From Mobula hypostoma (Eukaryota): 64,000 nucleotides of DNA. Both the position numbers and the translations under genes were made by a program. This document shows, piece by piece, positions 1 through 11,477 of this stretch. Under the pieces are notes generated by a model. That model saw only the letters and a program-made list of their open reading frames with translations. It did no database searches and had not been told where the DNA came from. The number at the start of each line of letters is the position of its first letter. Position 1 is the stretch's first letter. The stretch covers positions 14,696,001 through 14,760,000 of the forward strand of contig NC_086118.1 in the NCBI RefSeq assembly GCF_963921235.1. Direction: 5' to 3'.

Positions 1-790
1 TTTCTGCGGATTCCCTGCTTCCACAACACTACCTGCCCCTCCACCGATCTTTGTATCATCAGCAATATTGGCCACAAAACCATCAATCCTATTACCTAGA
101 TCATTAACAAGTAATGTCAAAACAAGCAGAAGCAACACAGATCCCTGTAGTAAGAGGCAGTCCCAATATGGACCCTACAGAACACCATTAGTCACCAGCA
201 GACAACCAGTAAAAGGCCCCCTTTATTTGCAGTCTGTCTTCTGCCAGTCAGCTGATATTCTGTCCATACTAGTATCTTTCCTATAATACCATGGGCTCTT
301 GTTTAGCAACCTGTATTGCACCTTGCCGAAGGCCTTCTGAAAATCCAAGTGAAGAATATCCACCATCTCTCCTTTGTCTATTTTGCCTATTATTTCCTCA
401 AAGAATTCCAACAAATTTATCAGATAAGAAATCCTCTTATAAAAACAATGTTGATTATCATTTGTTTCCAAGTATCCTAAAACCTCATCCTCAGTAATAG
501 TCTTTAACATCTTGCCACCACTGAAGTCAGGCTAACTGGCCTACAACTTCTTGTCTTTTGCCTCCCTCCTTTGTTAAAGTGTGGAGTGACATTTGTGATT
601 TTCCAATCCTCTGCATTCCAGAATCCAGTTATTCTTGAAAGATCACTACTAATGCCTGCTTAATCTCTTTAGATACCACCTTCAGAACTTTGAGCTGAAG
701 TCTATCTGATCCAGGTGACTTATCTACCTTCAGATCTTTCAGCTTCCTAATCATCTCCTTACTCACTTCTGCCACCTGACACTTGAATTT
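1..790 (-). mobile_element. CR1 LINE reverse transcriptase (RT) fragment, degenerate
   Basis: ORF 223-510 reads INLLEFFEEI..DKGEMVDILHLDFQKAF. Confidence 0.85.
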
Positions 791-829
791 CTGGAAGGCA
801 CTAACAACATGCCCGAAACTCGAGAGAGT

Positions 830-2790
830 CAAGGAGCAGACTTGAGTGCAATTACTATTACTATGGAGAAGGTGCTTGGGAAGCTGAAAGGTCTGAAGGC
901 AGATAAGTGACCTGGAAGAGATGGACTACATCCCAGAGTTCAAAAAGAGGTAGCTGAAAAGATTGTGGAGGCATTAGTAATGATCTTTCAACAATCACAG
1001 GATTGTGGAATTTTTCTGGAGGACTGGAAAATTGCAAATGTCATTCCACTCTTTAGGAAGGGAGGAAGGCAGAAGAAAGGAAATTATAAGCCAGGTACCC
1101 TGATTTCAGAGGTTGGGAAGATGTTGGAGACCATTGTTAAGGATGAGATTCTGGGATACTTGGAGGCACATGTTAGAGTAGGCCATGTCAGCATGGTTTC
1201 CCTAAGGGGAAATCTTGCCTGACAGATCTGTTGGAAATCTTTGAAGGAATAACAGGCAGGATAGACAAAAGGAAGAGTCAGTGGATGTTGTTTACTTAGA
1301 TTTTCAGAAGGCTTTTGACAAGTTGTGCACATGAGGTTGCTTAATGAGATAAGAACCCATGGTATTACAGGAAAGAAACCAGCAGGGATAGAAGATTGGC
1401 TGATTGAAGGGAGGCAAAGAGTGGGAATAAAGGGGATGGGACCCATTCTGGTTGGCTGTCGATGATTAGTGGTTTTAAGTAGGGGTCAGTATTGGGACCA
1501 CTTCTTTTCATGTTATGTGTCAACAATTTGGATGACGGAATTGATGGCTTTGTGGGCAAGTTTGTGGATGATACAAAGATAGTTGGAGGGCAGGTAGTGT
1601 TGAGGAAGTAGGGAATCTACCAGAAGGACTAGAACAATGGGCAAAGAAGTGGCAGATGGAATATTGTGTAGGGAAATGTTTGGTCATGCACTATGTTAGA
1701 GGGAATAAAAGCATAGACTGTTTTCTAAATGGGGAAACAATTCAAAAATCGGAGGTGCAAAGGGACTTGGGGGTTCTTGTGAACGATTCTGTAAAAGTTA
1801 ACTTGTAGATGAGTTGGTGGTAAGGAAGGCAAATGCAATGTTAACATTCATTTCAAGAGGACTAGAATATAAGAGCAAGGATGTGATGCTGATTAGTGAT
1901 ACCACACTTGGAGTATTGTGAGCAGATTTGGGCCCTTTGTCGAAGAAAAGATGTGCTGTCTGTAGAGAGGGACCAGAGAAGGTTCATGAGAATGATTCCA
2001 GGATTGAAAGGATTAACATTTGAGGAGCATTGGATAGCTCTGAGCGTGTACTTGCTGGAGTTCAGACGAATGTTGGGGGTTCATTGAAACCTATAAAATA
2101 TTGAAAGAACTAAAAAGAATGGATGAGGAGAAGATGACCAAAGGGCACAGCCTTAGAATAGAGGGGCGCCCATTTAGGACCATAAAATACAGGAGCAGAA
2201 TTTGGCTAATTGGCACATTGAGTCTGATCTGCCATTTCATCATGGCTGATCCATTTCCCACTCAGCCTGCCTTTCCTCCTTATCCCTTCATGCCCTGACT
2301 AATCCAGAATATATCAACCTCTGCATTAAGTATACCCACAGCCACTGTGGCAACAAATTCCACAGATTCACCATCCTCTGGCTAAAGACATTCCTCCTCA
2401 CCTTTGTTCTATATGGATGCCCCTCTATTCTGACACTGTGTCTTAGACTCTCCCACCATAGGAAACATCTTCTCCACATCTATTGAGGCCTTTCGACAAT
2501 CAATAGGTTTCAGTGAGATCCCCTGTCTTTCTTCTGAATTCCAGTGACAGCAAAGATGAGAAGGAATTTCTTTAGTAGCCAGAGAGTGGCGAATCAGTGG
2601 AACTCATTGCCACAGACAGCTGTGGAGGCCAAGCCATTCAGTATATTAAAGAGGTTGATACGTTCTTGATTAGTCAGGGTGGCAAAGGTTATGGTGAGAT
2701 GACAGGAGAATGGGTTTGAGAAGGATAATAAATCACCATGATGGAATGGCAGAATAGACTCGATGGGCTGAGTGGCCTAATTATGCTACT
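830..2790 (+). mobile_element. CR1 LINE (ORF2 RT to 3' end, degenerate) containing a nested inverted CR1 3' fragment at ~2180-2545
   Basis: EDWKIANVIPLF, a [11 protein letters not shown] region and PHLEYCEQIW, followed by CR1 3' UTR. Confidence 0.85.
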
Positions 2791-3649
2791 ATGCTGAGTA
2801 TGTCTTGGAATTTTGAGGCAAAATACTTACAACACACGTCAGTTACTTGGGAAACTTATTAAAACATGTTGGTTGGATTTGTTCTACTTTTTTAAACTTA
2901 CTGTCCTGTCGCGTTATTTTTTAGTGTTTGAAAATGTTTTAATTAGCTTTGGAAAAGATTCAAAAATGATCTTGAATCATGACTGGCAACTCTCTGGACA
3001 AGACTCAGTGCAAATTAAGAGTGAGTGTTGTTTGTAATACTGAGAGCCCAGGGCACAAAATCAAGAGAAGCAGAAGGAAGGAGGAGAAAATAGAAGTCAA
3101 AAGTGGCCATTCAGCCCCTCATACCTGTCCCACCATTCAATGTAATCATGACTGATCTTCTCCGGACCTCACCTCCTGGGACAACCTTCTCATGCCTGGA
3201 ATTAGTCAAATGAATCTGGTTTGGACAGCCTCCAATGCTAATATAAGCTTTCTTAAATAGCAAGATCAAAGCTTGAGTCACTTCAGAGGCTCTCAAGAAA
3301 TAGCACATCTGATAGGACGGGTCTGTTAGATGAAATAAAAGCGGGATTGTTCATCATTAACATTTTCATAGTTCTAAATGTGAGTTGCATATACTCCAGT
3401 GGTCTCGCTCGGACGTCCATTTCTATTCATGTTTGGAACTCACTCAAAAGGAGATTTAGTGAAAAACCCTGTATTGCATGCCATCTGTACAAATCATTTC
3501 AAAACTTAAGTAGCATCAGGGTAGTACGAAAGGAAAAGCAATAACAAAGCAGACTATAGTGTTACATTTACAGAGGAAATGTAGTAGCAAGAGACAAGTA
3601 AGGTCCAAGGGTGTTGTTGGCAGTGAAAAAGGATACAAATCTAGCAGTA

Positions 3650-5080
3650 GGATCCGGATCAGCTGGAAAAATGGGTTGGAAAATGGCACATGGAATTGAT
3701 TGCAGAAAAGTGTGAGGTGTTGCACTTCGGGAGAACAAACCAAGGTAGGGCTTACATGATGAGCGGTAGGGTACTGAGGAGAGCAGGAGGACAGAGGGAC
3801 CTGGGAATACAGATCCTTAACTCCTTGAAAGTGGCATCACAGTTAGATAGGGTTGTAAACAAAGCTTTTGGCACGTTGGCCTTCATAAATCGAAGCATTG
3901 AGTACAGGAGTTGGGATGATATGTTGATATTGTCTAAGACTTTGGTGAGGCCTAATTTGGGGTATTGTGTGCATTTCTGGTCACCTATCTACAAGTGTGA
4001 TATCAATCAGATTGAGTGAGTGCAGAGAATATTTCCAAAGCTATTGCTGGGACTTGAGGACCTGTGTTATGGAGTAAGGTTGAAAAGGTTAGAACTTTAT
4101 TCCCTGGCATGTAGAAGAATGTGGGGAGATTTGACAGAAGTACACAAAATTATGAGGGGTATAGATAGGGTAAATGCAAGCAGGCTTTTTTCTATTGAGG
4201 TTGGATGGACTAGAGTTAGAGGTCATGGGTTAAGGTTGACAGGTGACATATTTATTTGAATTTGAGTTGACTTTATTTCTTACATCCTTCACATACATGT
4301 GGAGTAAATATCTGTGCATTACGTCTCCATCTAAATGTGCCATGTGCAGTCATAGTAATTTATAATAATTTAAAATAAATAGAACAGTCAGTGTAATATA
4401 GAGTACATTCAGATCAGTGTGAGTTCATCAGTCTGATGGCCTGGTGGAAGAAGCTGTCCCGGAGCCTGTTGGTCCTGGTTTTTATGCTGCAGTACTGCTT
4501 CCCGGATGGTATCAGCTGGAATAGATTGTGGTTGGGGTGACTTGGGTCCCCAGTGATCCTATGGGCCCTTTTTACACACCTGTCCTTATAAATGTCCTGA
4601 ATCATGGGAAGTTCACAACTACACATGTGCTGGGTTGTCCACACCACTCTCTGCAGAGTCCAGCGACTAAGGGATGTACAGTTCCCATACCAGTCAGGAT
4701 GCTCTCAATTGTGCTCCTGTAGAAAGTTCTTAGGATTTGGGGGCCCATACCAAACTTCCTCAACCATCTGAGGTGAAAGAGGTGCTGTTGTGTCTTTTTC
4801 ACCATACAGCTGGTATGTACAGATCATGTGAGGTCCTCATGAGGGAGAAACTCTTCACTCAGAGGATGGTGAGAGTGTGGAACAAGCTGCCAGCAGAAGT
4901 GGTAGATGCAGGTTCGACTTCAACATTTAGAGAAATTTAGATAGGTACATTGGTGTGGGGGTATGGAAGGCTATGATTCAGATCCAGGTTGATGGAACTA
5001 GGCAGCAGAAAATAGTTCAGCATAGACTAGATGGGCAGAAGGACCTAGTTCTGTGCTGTACCATTCTGTGACTCTGACTC
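3650..5080 (+). mobile_element. CR1 LINE 3' part, interrupted by a minus-strand Rex1/Babar-type LINE fragment (~4255-4837)
   Basis: EKCEVLHFGRTN..RPNLGYCVHFWSP on the + strand; RAHRITGDPSHPNHNLFQLIPSGK..RTNRLRDSFF on the - strand. Confidence 0.85.
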
Positions 5081-5119
5081 TAGTCTAGCAATTGTCATTT
5101 AAAAACAAAAAAAAAACCA

Positions 5120-6460
5120 TGATTCATAAGATACAGGAGAAGAATTCAGCCATTCGGTGGATTGAAGCTGCTCTACCATTCAATCATGGCTGGATTTTTT
5201 TTCAACCCCATTCTCTTGCCTTCTCTCCATAACCCCTAATCCCCTTACCAATTGAGAATCTATTAATCTCTGCCTCAAATACACCCAATGACTTGGCCTC
5301 CAGGTCTCTCCGTGGGAAGAAATTCCATAGATTCACCACCCTCTAGTTGAAGAAATTCCTCCTCATCTCAGTTTTAAAGGATCATTCCTTTTTTCTGTGC
5401 CCTTGGACCCATATCCACTCTATCTCGGCTTTTGGTAGGTTGCAATGAGGTCCCTCCTCATCCTTCTGAACATTAAGCCTTTCACTCCCAGCCTTGTGTG
5501 GGGCATGTGGCCAAGTGGCTAAGGCATTCGTCTAGTGATCTGAAGGTCACTAGTTCGAGCCTCAGCTGTGGCAGTGTGTTTGTGTCCTTGAGCAAGGCAC
5601 TTAACTACACATTGCTCTAGTGCCCGTGCGAGGAGTGGCACCCCACACAGACTTCCAATCTGTACCTTGTAAGGCATGAAAATGCCTGACGCAGGCCTCT
5701 GAAGGTCTGAGTTGACGTTCCCCCCTCCCTCCTCCCTCCCAGCCTCATTGTTGTGACCCTCCTCTGGGTCCTCTCCAGGGGCAACATGTCTCTTTTTGGA
5801 AGCAGGGCCCAAAATTTGTGCACAATACTCCAAATGCAGTCTGATCAAAGCTTTTATGTTCTAGTACTCTCAAAATGAATGCTAACATGGATTTGACTTT
5901 GTTACTACTGACTCAACCTGTAATTAACCTGAATGGAATCCCGAACTAGGTCTCCAAAGTCCCTGAATTGGCTACCCATTTAGAAAGCGGTCTGTGTCTT
6001 TATTCTTCCTGCCAAAGTGCATCACACTACATTTCTCTTTCTGTAATCCACCTGCCTCTTCTCCCACTCTCCCAACCGATATAACCCCCTTCGTGCCTCA
6101 ATGACACTACCTGTCCCCCCCCCCAGCTATCTTGGTATCATCTGCAGACCTGGCCATCTTTTATCTTTCATCCAGATTATGATGATAGAATGTGAAGAGT
6201 TGTTGTCCCCACACTGACCCCTGCGAAACCCCACTATCGTGGCCACTAGCACCCTTTCATGAAACGACCCCATTATCCCCCTCTTTCTGCCTTCTGCCAG
6301 TCAGTCAGATTTCTACCCATGCTAGTGCCTTGCTTTTAACACCAGGGGCTTAAATCCTGTTTACCAAGCTCACATGAGGCACCATGTCAAAACACTTCTG
6401 AAGATCCAGGTAACCACATCCACTGACTATCCTTGGCCTAACCTGCTTGTTACCTTTCAA
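5120..6460 (-). mobile_element. degenerate CR1 LINE, interrupted by a SINE
   Basis: Reverse CR1 3' UTR and RT remnants (IRLHLEYCAQ). Confidence 0.7.
5497..5720 (+). mobile_element. tRNA-derived SINE with a CORE-like central domain
   Basis: A box TGGCCAAGTGG, B box GTTCGAGCC, then GTGTCCTTGAGCAAGGCACTTAAC. Confidence 0.7.
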
Positions 6461-7049
6461 CCTTTGATTCTTAAAGATTCAACCTTAATTCCACTGCTAA
6501 AGGTTTTGATAGAACTCTTCTCACAACATGACAAAAGATCTAAAATGTTGACTGTATTTCTCACACTATGTATGTTGCCTGACCTGGTTTTTCCCTTTAT
6601 CTGCAAGATTTTTTTGGTCTCCAACTTCTTCCCATTTTCAGTAGCCTCCAGGTGCCATCTAGTGTTGTATTTTGGAACTGTATCAGTGAAATGGAAGCAC
6701 TGGCCTTAGTTGTCCATGAGCTTAGTGGCTTAAAGCAACACACCGAAGTTTAGCCATTGAACTGAAGGAAGTCCAATACTTCTGTGATGAATGACTCTCT
6801 TGAACTTGCTGAAAAATTTAGTAAGCGAGACCATTCTTCACTGGTCTTGCTAGGACTAATGAGTATTATTATGGGAAATTTCTTTTCCATTCTCATGCCA
6901 GTTCTGTCATAGAGTGAAACAGCAACAAAACAGGCCCTTCAGCCCAACTGGCCTATGCTGACCAAGATACCCATGCAAACAGATCCTATTTGTCTATAAT
7001 TGGCCCATATCCCTGTAAATCTTTCCTATTTGCACACTTGACAAACTCT

Positions 7050-8068
7050 TTTGATTACCTGACTGGCAGACCACAGTACATGTGCTTGCAACACTGTGTG
7101 TCCGACAGAGTGATCAGCAGCACTGGGGTCCACAGGGGACTGTCTTGTCTCCCTTTCTCTTCACCATTTACACCTCGGACTTCAACTACTGCACAGAGTC
7201 TTGTCATCTTCAGAAGTTTTCGGATGACTCTGCCATAGTTGGATGCATCAGCAAGGGAGATGAGGCTGAGTACAGGGCGATGGTAGGAAACTTTGTCACA
7301 TGGTGTGAGCAGAATTATCTGCAGCTTAATGTGAAAAAGGCTAAGGAGCTGCTGGTAGACCTGAGGAGAGCTAAGGTACCGGTGACCCTTGTTTCCATCC
7401 AGGGGGTCAGTGTGAACTTGGTGGAGGATTACAAATACTTGGGGATACGAATTGACAATAAACTGGACTGGTCAAAGAACACTGAGGCTGTCTACAAGAA
7501 GGGTCAGAGCCGTCTCTATTTCCTGAGGAGACTGAGGTCCTTTAACATATGCCGGATGATGCTGAGGATGTTCTACGAGTCTGTGGTTGCCAGTGCTATC
7601 ATGTTTGCTGTTGTGTGCTGGGGCAGCAGGCTGAGGGTAGCAGACACCAACAGAATCAACAAACTCATTCGTAAGGCCAGTGATGTTGTGGGGATGGAAC
7701 TGGACTCTCTGACGGTGGTGTCTGAAAAGAGGATGCTGTCCAAGTTGCATGCCATCTTGGACAATGTCTCCCATCCACTACATAACGTACTGGTTGGGCA
7801 CAGGAGTACATTCAGCCAGAGACTCATTCCACCGGGATGCAACACAGAGCGTCATAGGAAGTCATTCCTGCCTGTGGCCATCAAACTTTACAACCCCTCC
7901 CTTGGAGGGTCAGACACCCTGAGCCAATAGGCTGGTCCTGGACTTATTTCCTGGCATAATTTACATATTACTATTTAACTATTTATGGTTTTGTTACTAT
8001 TTATTATTTATGGTGCAACTGTAACGAAAACCAATTTCCCCCGGGATCAATAAAGTATGTCTATGACT
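7050..8068 (+). mobile_element. Rex1/Babar-type non-LTR retrotransposon, 5'-truncated, RT C-terminal ORF 7082-7930
   Basis: PQGTVLSPFLFTIYTSDF, QKFSDDSAIVG, YKYLG, RLYFLRRLRSF, SFLPVAIKLYN; AATAAA followed by a short tandem tail. Confidence 0.9.
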
Positions 8069-8779
8069 ATTGTACCTGCTTCAGCCACTTCCTTTCACAG
8101 ATCATTCCGTATATTGACCACCCTCTGAAAGAGTAAGTTACCCCTTAAGCTCCTATTAAGGGAGCCCTTCTCAGCTGAAACCTATGCCCTCTCTATTTCT
8201 TGATTACCTACCCTAGCAAAAAGGCAGAGTGCATTCACCCTGTCTGTTCCCTTCATGAATGTATAAACGTCTATAAGATCACCTCTCAGTCTCTTAAATT
8301 CAAAGAAAACAAAGTCCTAGTCTGTCTAACCTCTCCATATAATTTAGTCCCTCAAGTTCTGGCAATATGCTTGTACATCTTTCTGTGTTCTTTACAATTT
8401 ATTGCACCTTTCCTACAACAGGGTGATCAAAACCGAACACAATACACCAAATGAAGCTTCAGATGTGACTTGTACAACTGCACCATGACCCTCTCAACAT
8501 CGACATTCATTGCCCTGACTAATGAAGGCCAGCATGCCAAAAGGCTTTTTCATCACCTGTGTAATGTGACTCAGGGAACCATATACCTGAACTCTTAAGG
8601 TTTCGCTGTTCTACAACAGTCCCCAGGGTCCCGCAATTTTAATCTGAAAGCTCTTCCTTGATCTAATTTACCAAAATCCACACCTCAAACTTAACTGAAT
8701 TAAATCCATTTGCCTTTCCTCCCCCTACTTCCTCAGCTGATCAAAAACCTTTTGTGAGCTTTGATAGCTTTCATTGTCC

Positions 8780-11008
8780 TGTTACGTAACCGGCAACAAT
8801 GATTATCAACGGAGACAGGTTATATAAAAACAACCAAGCATTTATTAAACACGGGTAAACAAAAAGGAAAAAACAAAGGAAAACTTTAACTGGAAGTTAA
8901 CCGCTATGCAGCCGTTCAACAAATCGTCACTCGGCACTGGTTCTTAAAGCGTTAAATGCGAAAACAGTTCTTAAAGCGATAAAGTCAGATATAGTTCTTA
9001 AAATGGTAAATTCGGAAGTCCAACAGATTTATACGTACAATTGGGAGAGACTTCTCTGGAGAAGGATTTCTTCATAGACGTGACTTTCCTGCTGATTCTG
9101 TCCATAGGATTCACGTGGCATAAATAAACAGTTTAAAAGCATCTACAAGCATTTGGATAGACAGGGGCTTATTAGGGAGAGTCAACATGGCTTTGTGCAT
9201 GGTAGGTCATGTTTGACCAATCTGTTGGAGTTTTTCGAGGAGGTTACCAGGAAAGTGGATGAAGGGAAGGCACTGGATATTGTCTACATGGACTTCAGTA
9301 AGGCCTTTGACAAGGTCACGCATGGGAGGTTAGTTAGGAATAATTCAGTCGCTAGGTATACGTGGAGAGGTGGTAAATTGGATTAGACATTGGCTCGATG
9401 GAAGAAGCTAGAGAGTGTGGTAGAGAATTGCTCCTCTGAGTGGAGGCCTGTGACTAGTGGTGTGCCACAGGGATCAGTGCTGGGTCCATTGTTATTTGTC
9501 ATCTATATCAATGATCTGGATGATAATGTGGTAAATTGGATCAGCAAGTTTGCTGATGATACAAAGATTGGAGGCGTAGTAGACAGTGAGGAAGGTTTTC
9601 AGAGCTTGCAGAGGGACTCGGACCAGCTGGAAAAATGGGCTGAAAAATGGCAGATGGAGTTTAATACTGACAAGTGTGAGGTATTGCATGTTGGAAGGAC
9701 AAACCAACGTAGAACATACAGGGTTAATGGTAAGGAACTGAGGAGTGCAGTGGAACAGAGGGATCTGGGAATACAGATACAAAATTCCCTAAAAGTGGTG
9801 TCACAGGTAGATAGGGTTGTAAAGAGAGCTTTTGGTACATTGTCCTTTATTAATCGAAGTATTGAGTATAAGAACTGGAATGTTATGATGAGGTTGTATA
9901 AGGCATTGGTGAGGCCGAATCTGGAGTATTGTGTTCAGTTTTGGTCACTAAATTACAGGAAGGATATAAATAAAGTTGAAAGAGTGCAGAGAAGGTTTAC
10001 AAGGATGTTGCCGGGACTTGAGAAACTCAGTTACAGAGAAAGGTTGAATAGGTTAGGACTTTATTCCCTGGAGCGTAGAAGAATGAGGGGAGATTTGATA
10101 GAGGTATATAAAATTATGATGGGTATAGATAGAGTGAATGCAAGCAGGCTTTTTCCACTGAGGCAAGGGGAGAAAAAAACCAGAGGACATGGGTTAAGGG
10201 TGAGGGGGGATAAGTTTAAAGGGAACATTAGAGGGGGCTTCTTCACACAGAGAGTGGTGGGAGTATGGAATGAGCTGCCAGATGAGGTGATAAATGCGGG
10301 TTCTTTTTTAACATTTAAGAATAAATTGGACAGGTACATGGATGGGAGGTGTATGGAGGGATATGGTCCGTGTGCAGGTCAGTGGGACTAGGCAGAAAAT
10401 GGTTCGGTACAGCCAAGAAGGGCCAAAGAGCCTGTTGCTGTGCTGTAGTTTCTATGGTTCTACGGTTCTATGGTTCTAAAACAACTGACATTAAATTCTT
10501 TTAGAGAGAGCAAACCTTTGCATGAACTCTTTGCTCTTTTTGGCAAGAGTTATCTCGATGCAGATCGCTACTCCTCCAACGAAGACTCAATAAGGTCAAT
10601 CCTTTGTTAAACTGCCGAACAATGCTAACTCCCCTTGATCCTTCGATCCTGTACTTCGGTAAATTCTTCACTCTCCCTTCTGCTGTTGGAATTGAGTAAA
10701 TCAGCACATCTAGCCAAAAATTTCCAGTCCAATAATATTGTATCTTGCAATAGAACACAATACTCTGTTTTAAAAATGAAACTGTGTCACAAAAACAAAC
10801 ACGCAACAGAAACAGAGACACAGCACGTTCTACCTGGAAATCTACAAACTAAAAAACTAACTGCGTCATCTGGGCTCAACCCTTATATACCCATGGTGCA
10901 CATGTCATCACGTGACTTCACATCAGCGGGAAAATCACATTAGGTGACCTCCAAAAGACCACTACATCATTCTCACAAAAAAAAACAGATCTCCTTGAGC
11001 ATGTAACA
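8780..11008 (-). mobile_element. solo LTR (Gypsy/ERV-like, ~890 bp once the inserted CR1 is removed)
   Basis: Termini TGTTAC...GTAACA with a 4-bp TSD GTCC (8776-8779 and 11009-11012); TATA-like (~10883) and AATAAA (8841-8846) motifs on the minus strand. Confidence 0.75.
9135..10478 (+). mobile_element. young 5'-truncated CR1 LINE inserted in the solo LTR; RT ORF 9153-10391 with one frameshift
   Basis: [50 protein letters not shown]; (TTCTATGG)n tail. Confidence 0.95.
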
Positions 11009-11344
11009 GTCCACAATACTACCTGTTTTAGTGTCACCTGCAAATTTACTAACCATGCCTTCTGCATTCTCATCCAAATTACTGATGCAGATGACAAACA
11101 ACAATAAGCCAAGGGCTTACCCGTCCTGGGTCGCTACAGGCAATATGCCCAGGAGGTGTTGGTCTTTGCTCTTGGTCTTACTTATTTTTGAAGTTGGAGT
11201 GGATTTTTAGGAGACCCTGGGCAGAGGGTTTTGTGCCAGCATGGTTCTGTCCATTGCTTTGTAGCCTGTTGCCACTGTCTGTGCAAAGTTTACATTGTCT
11301 TGGAATGGAAGGAAAGTAAGATTCTCATGCTTGGATTCCAACAG

Positions 11345-11477
11345 GAAGAAGCTGACGTCTCGATTACAGGAGGCTGAAGAGGCTGCAGAAGCAGCCCAGG
11401 CCAAGTGCTCCAGCCTGGAGAAAACCAAACAGCGGCTACAAATCGAGGTAGAGGAGCTGGGCATTGACCTGGAGAAG
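11345..11477 (+). CDS. MYH16: myosin heavy chain exon ([12 protein letters not shown]...GIDLEK), 133 nt
   Basis: ttccaacag|GAAGAAG ... GAGAAG|gtaggt; starts in phase 2. Confidence 0.92.

Larger units (their letters stand above)
6910..11120 (-). mobile_element. old minus-strand CR1 in three pieces (6910-7050, 8069-8779, 11009-11120), split by later insertions
   Basis: CR1 reverse-strand sequence resumes collinearly after each insertion. Confidence 0.65.

Noticed and set aside
5497..5570. tRNA gene
   Set aside because: A and B boxes run into a SINE body; no proper acceptor stem or terminator.
1..11344. Preceding myosin exon (..KYETDAIQRTEELEEAK-type)
   Set aside because: Not found. The region is almost entirely repeats, so this exon is probably upstream of the window.
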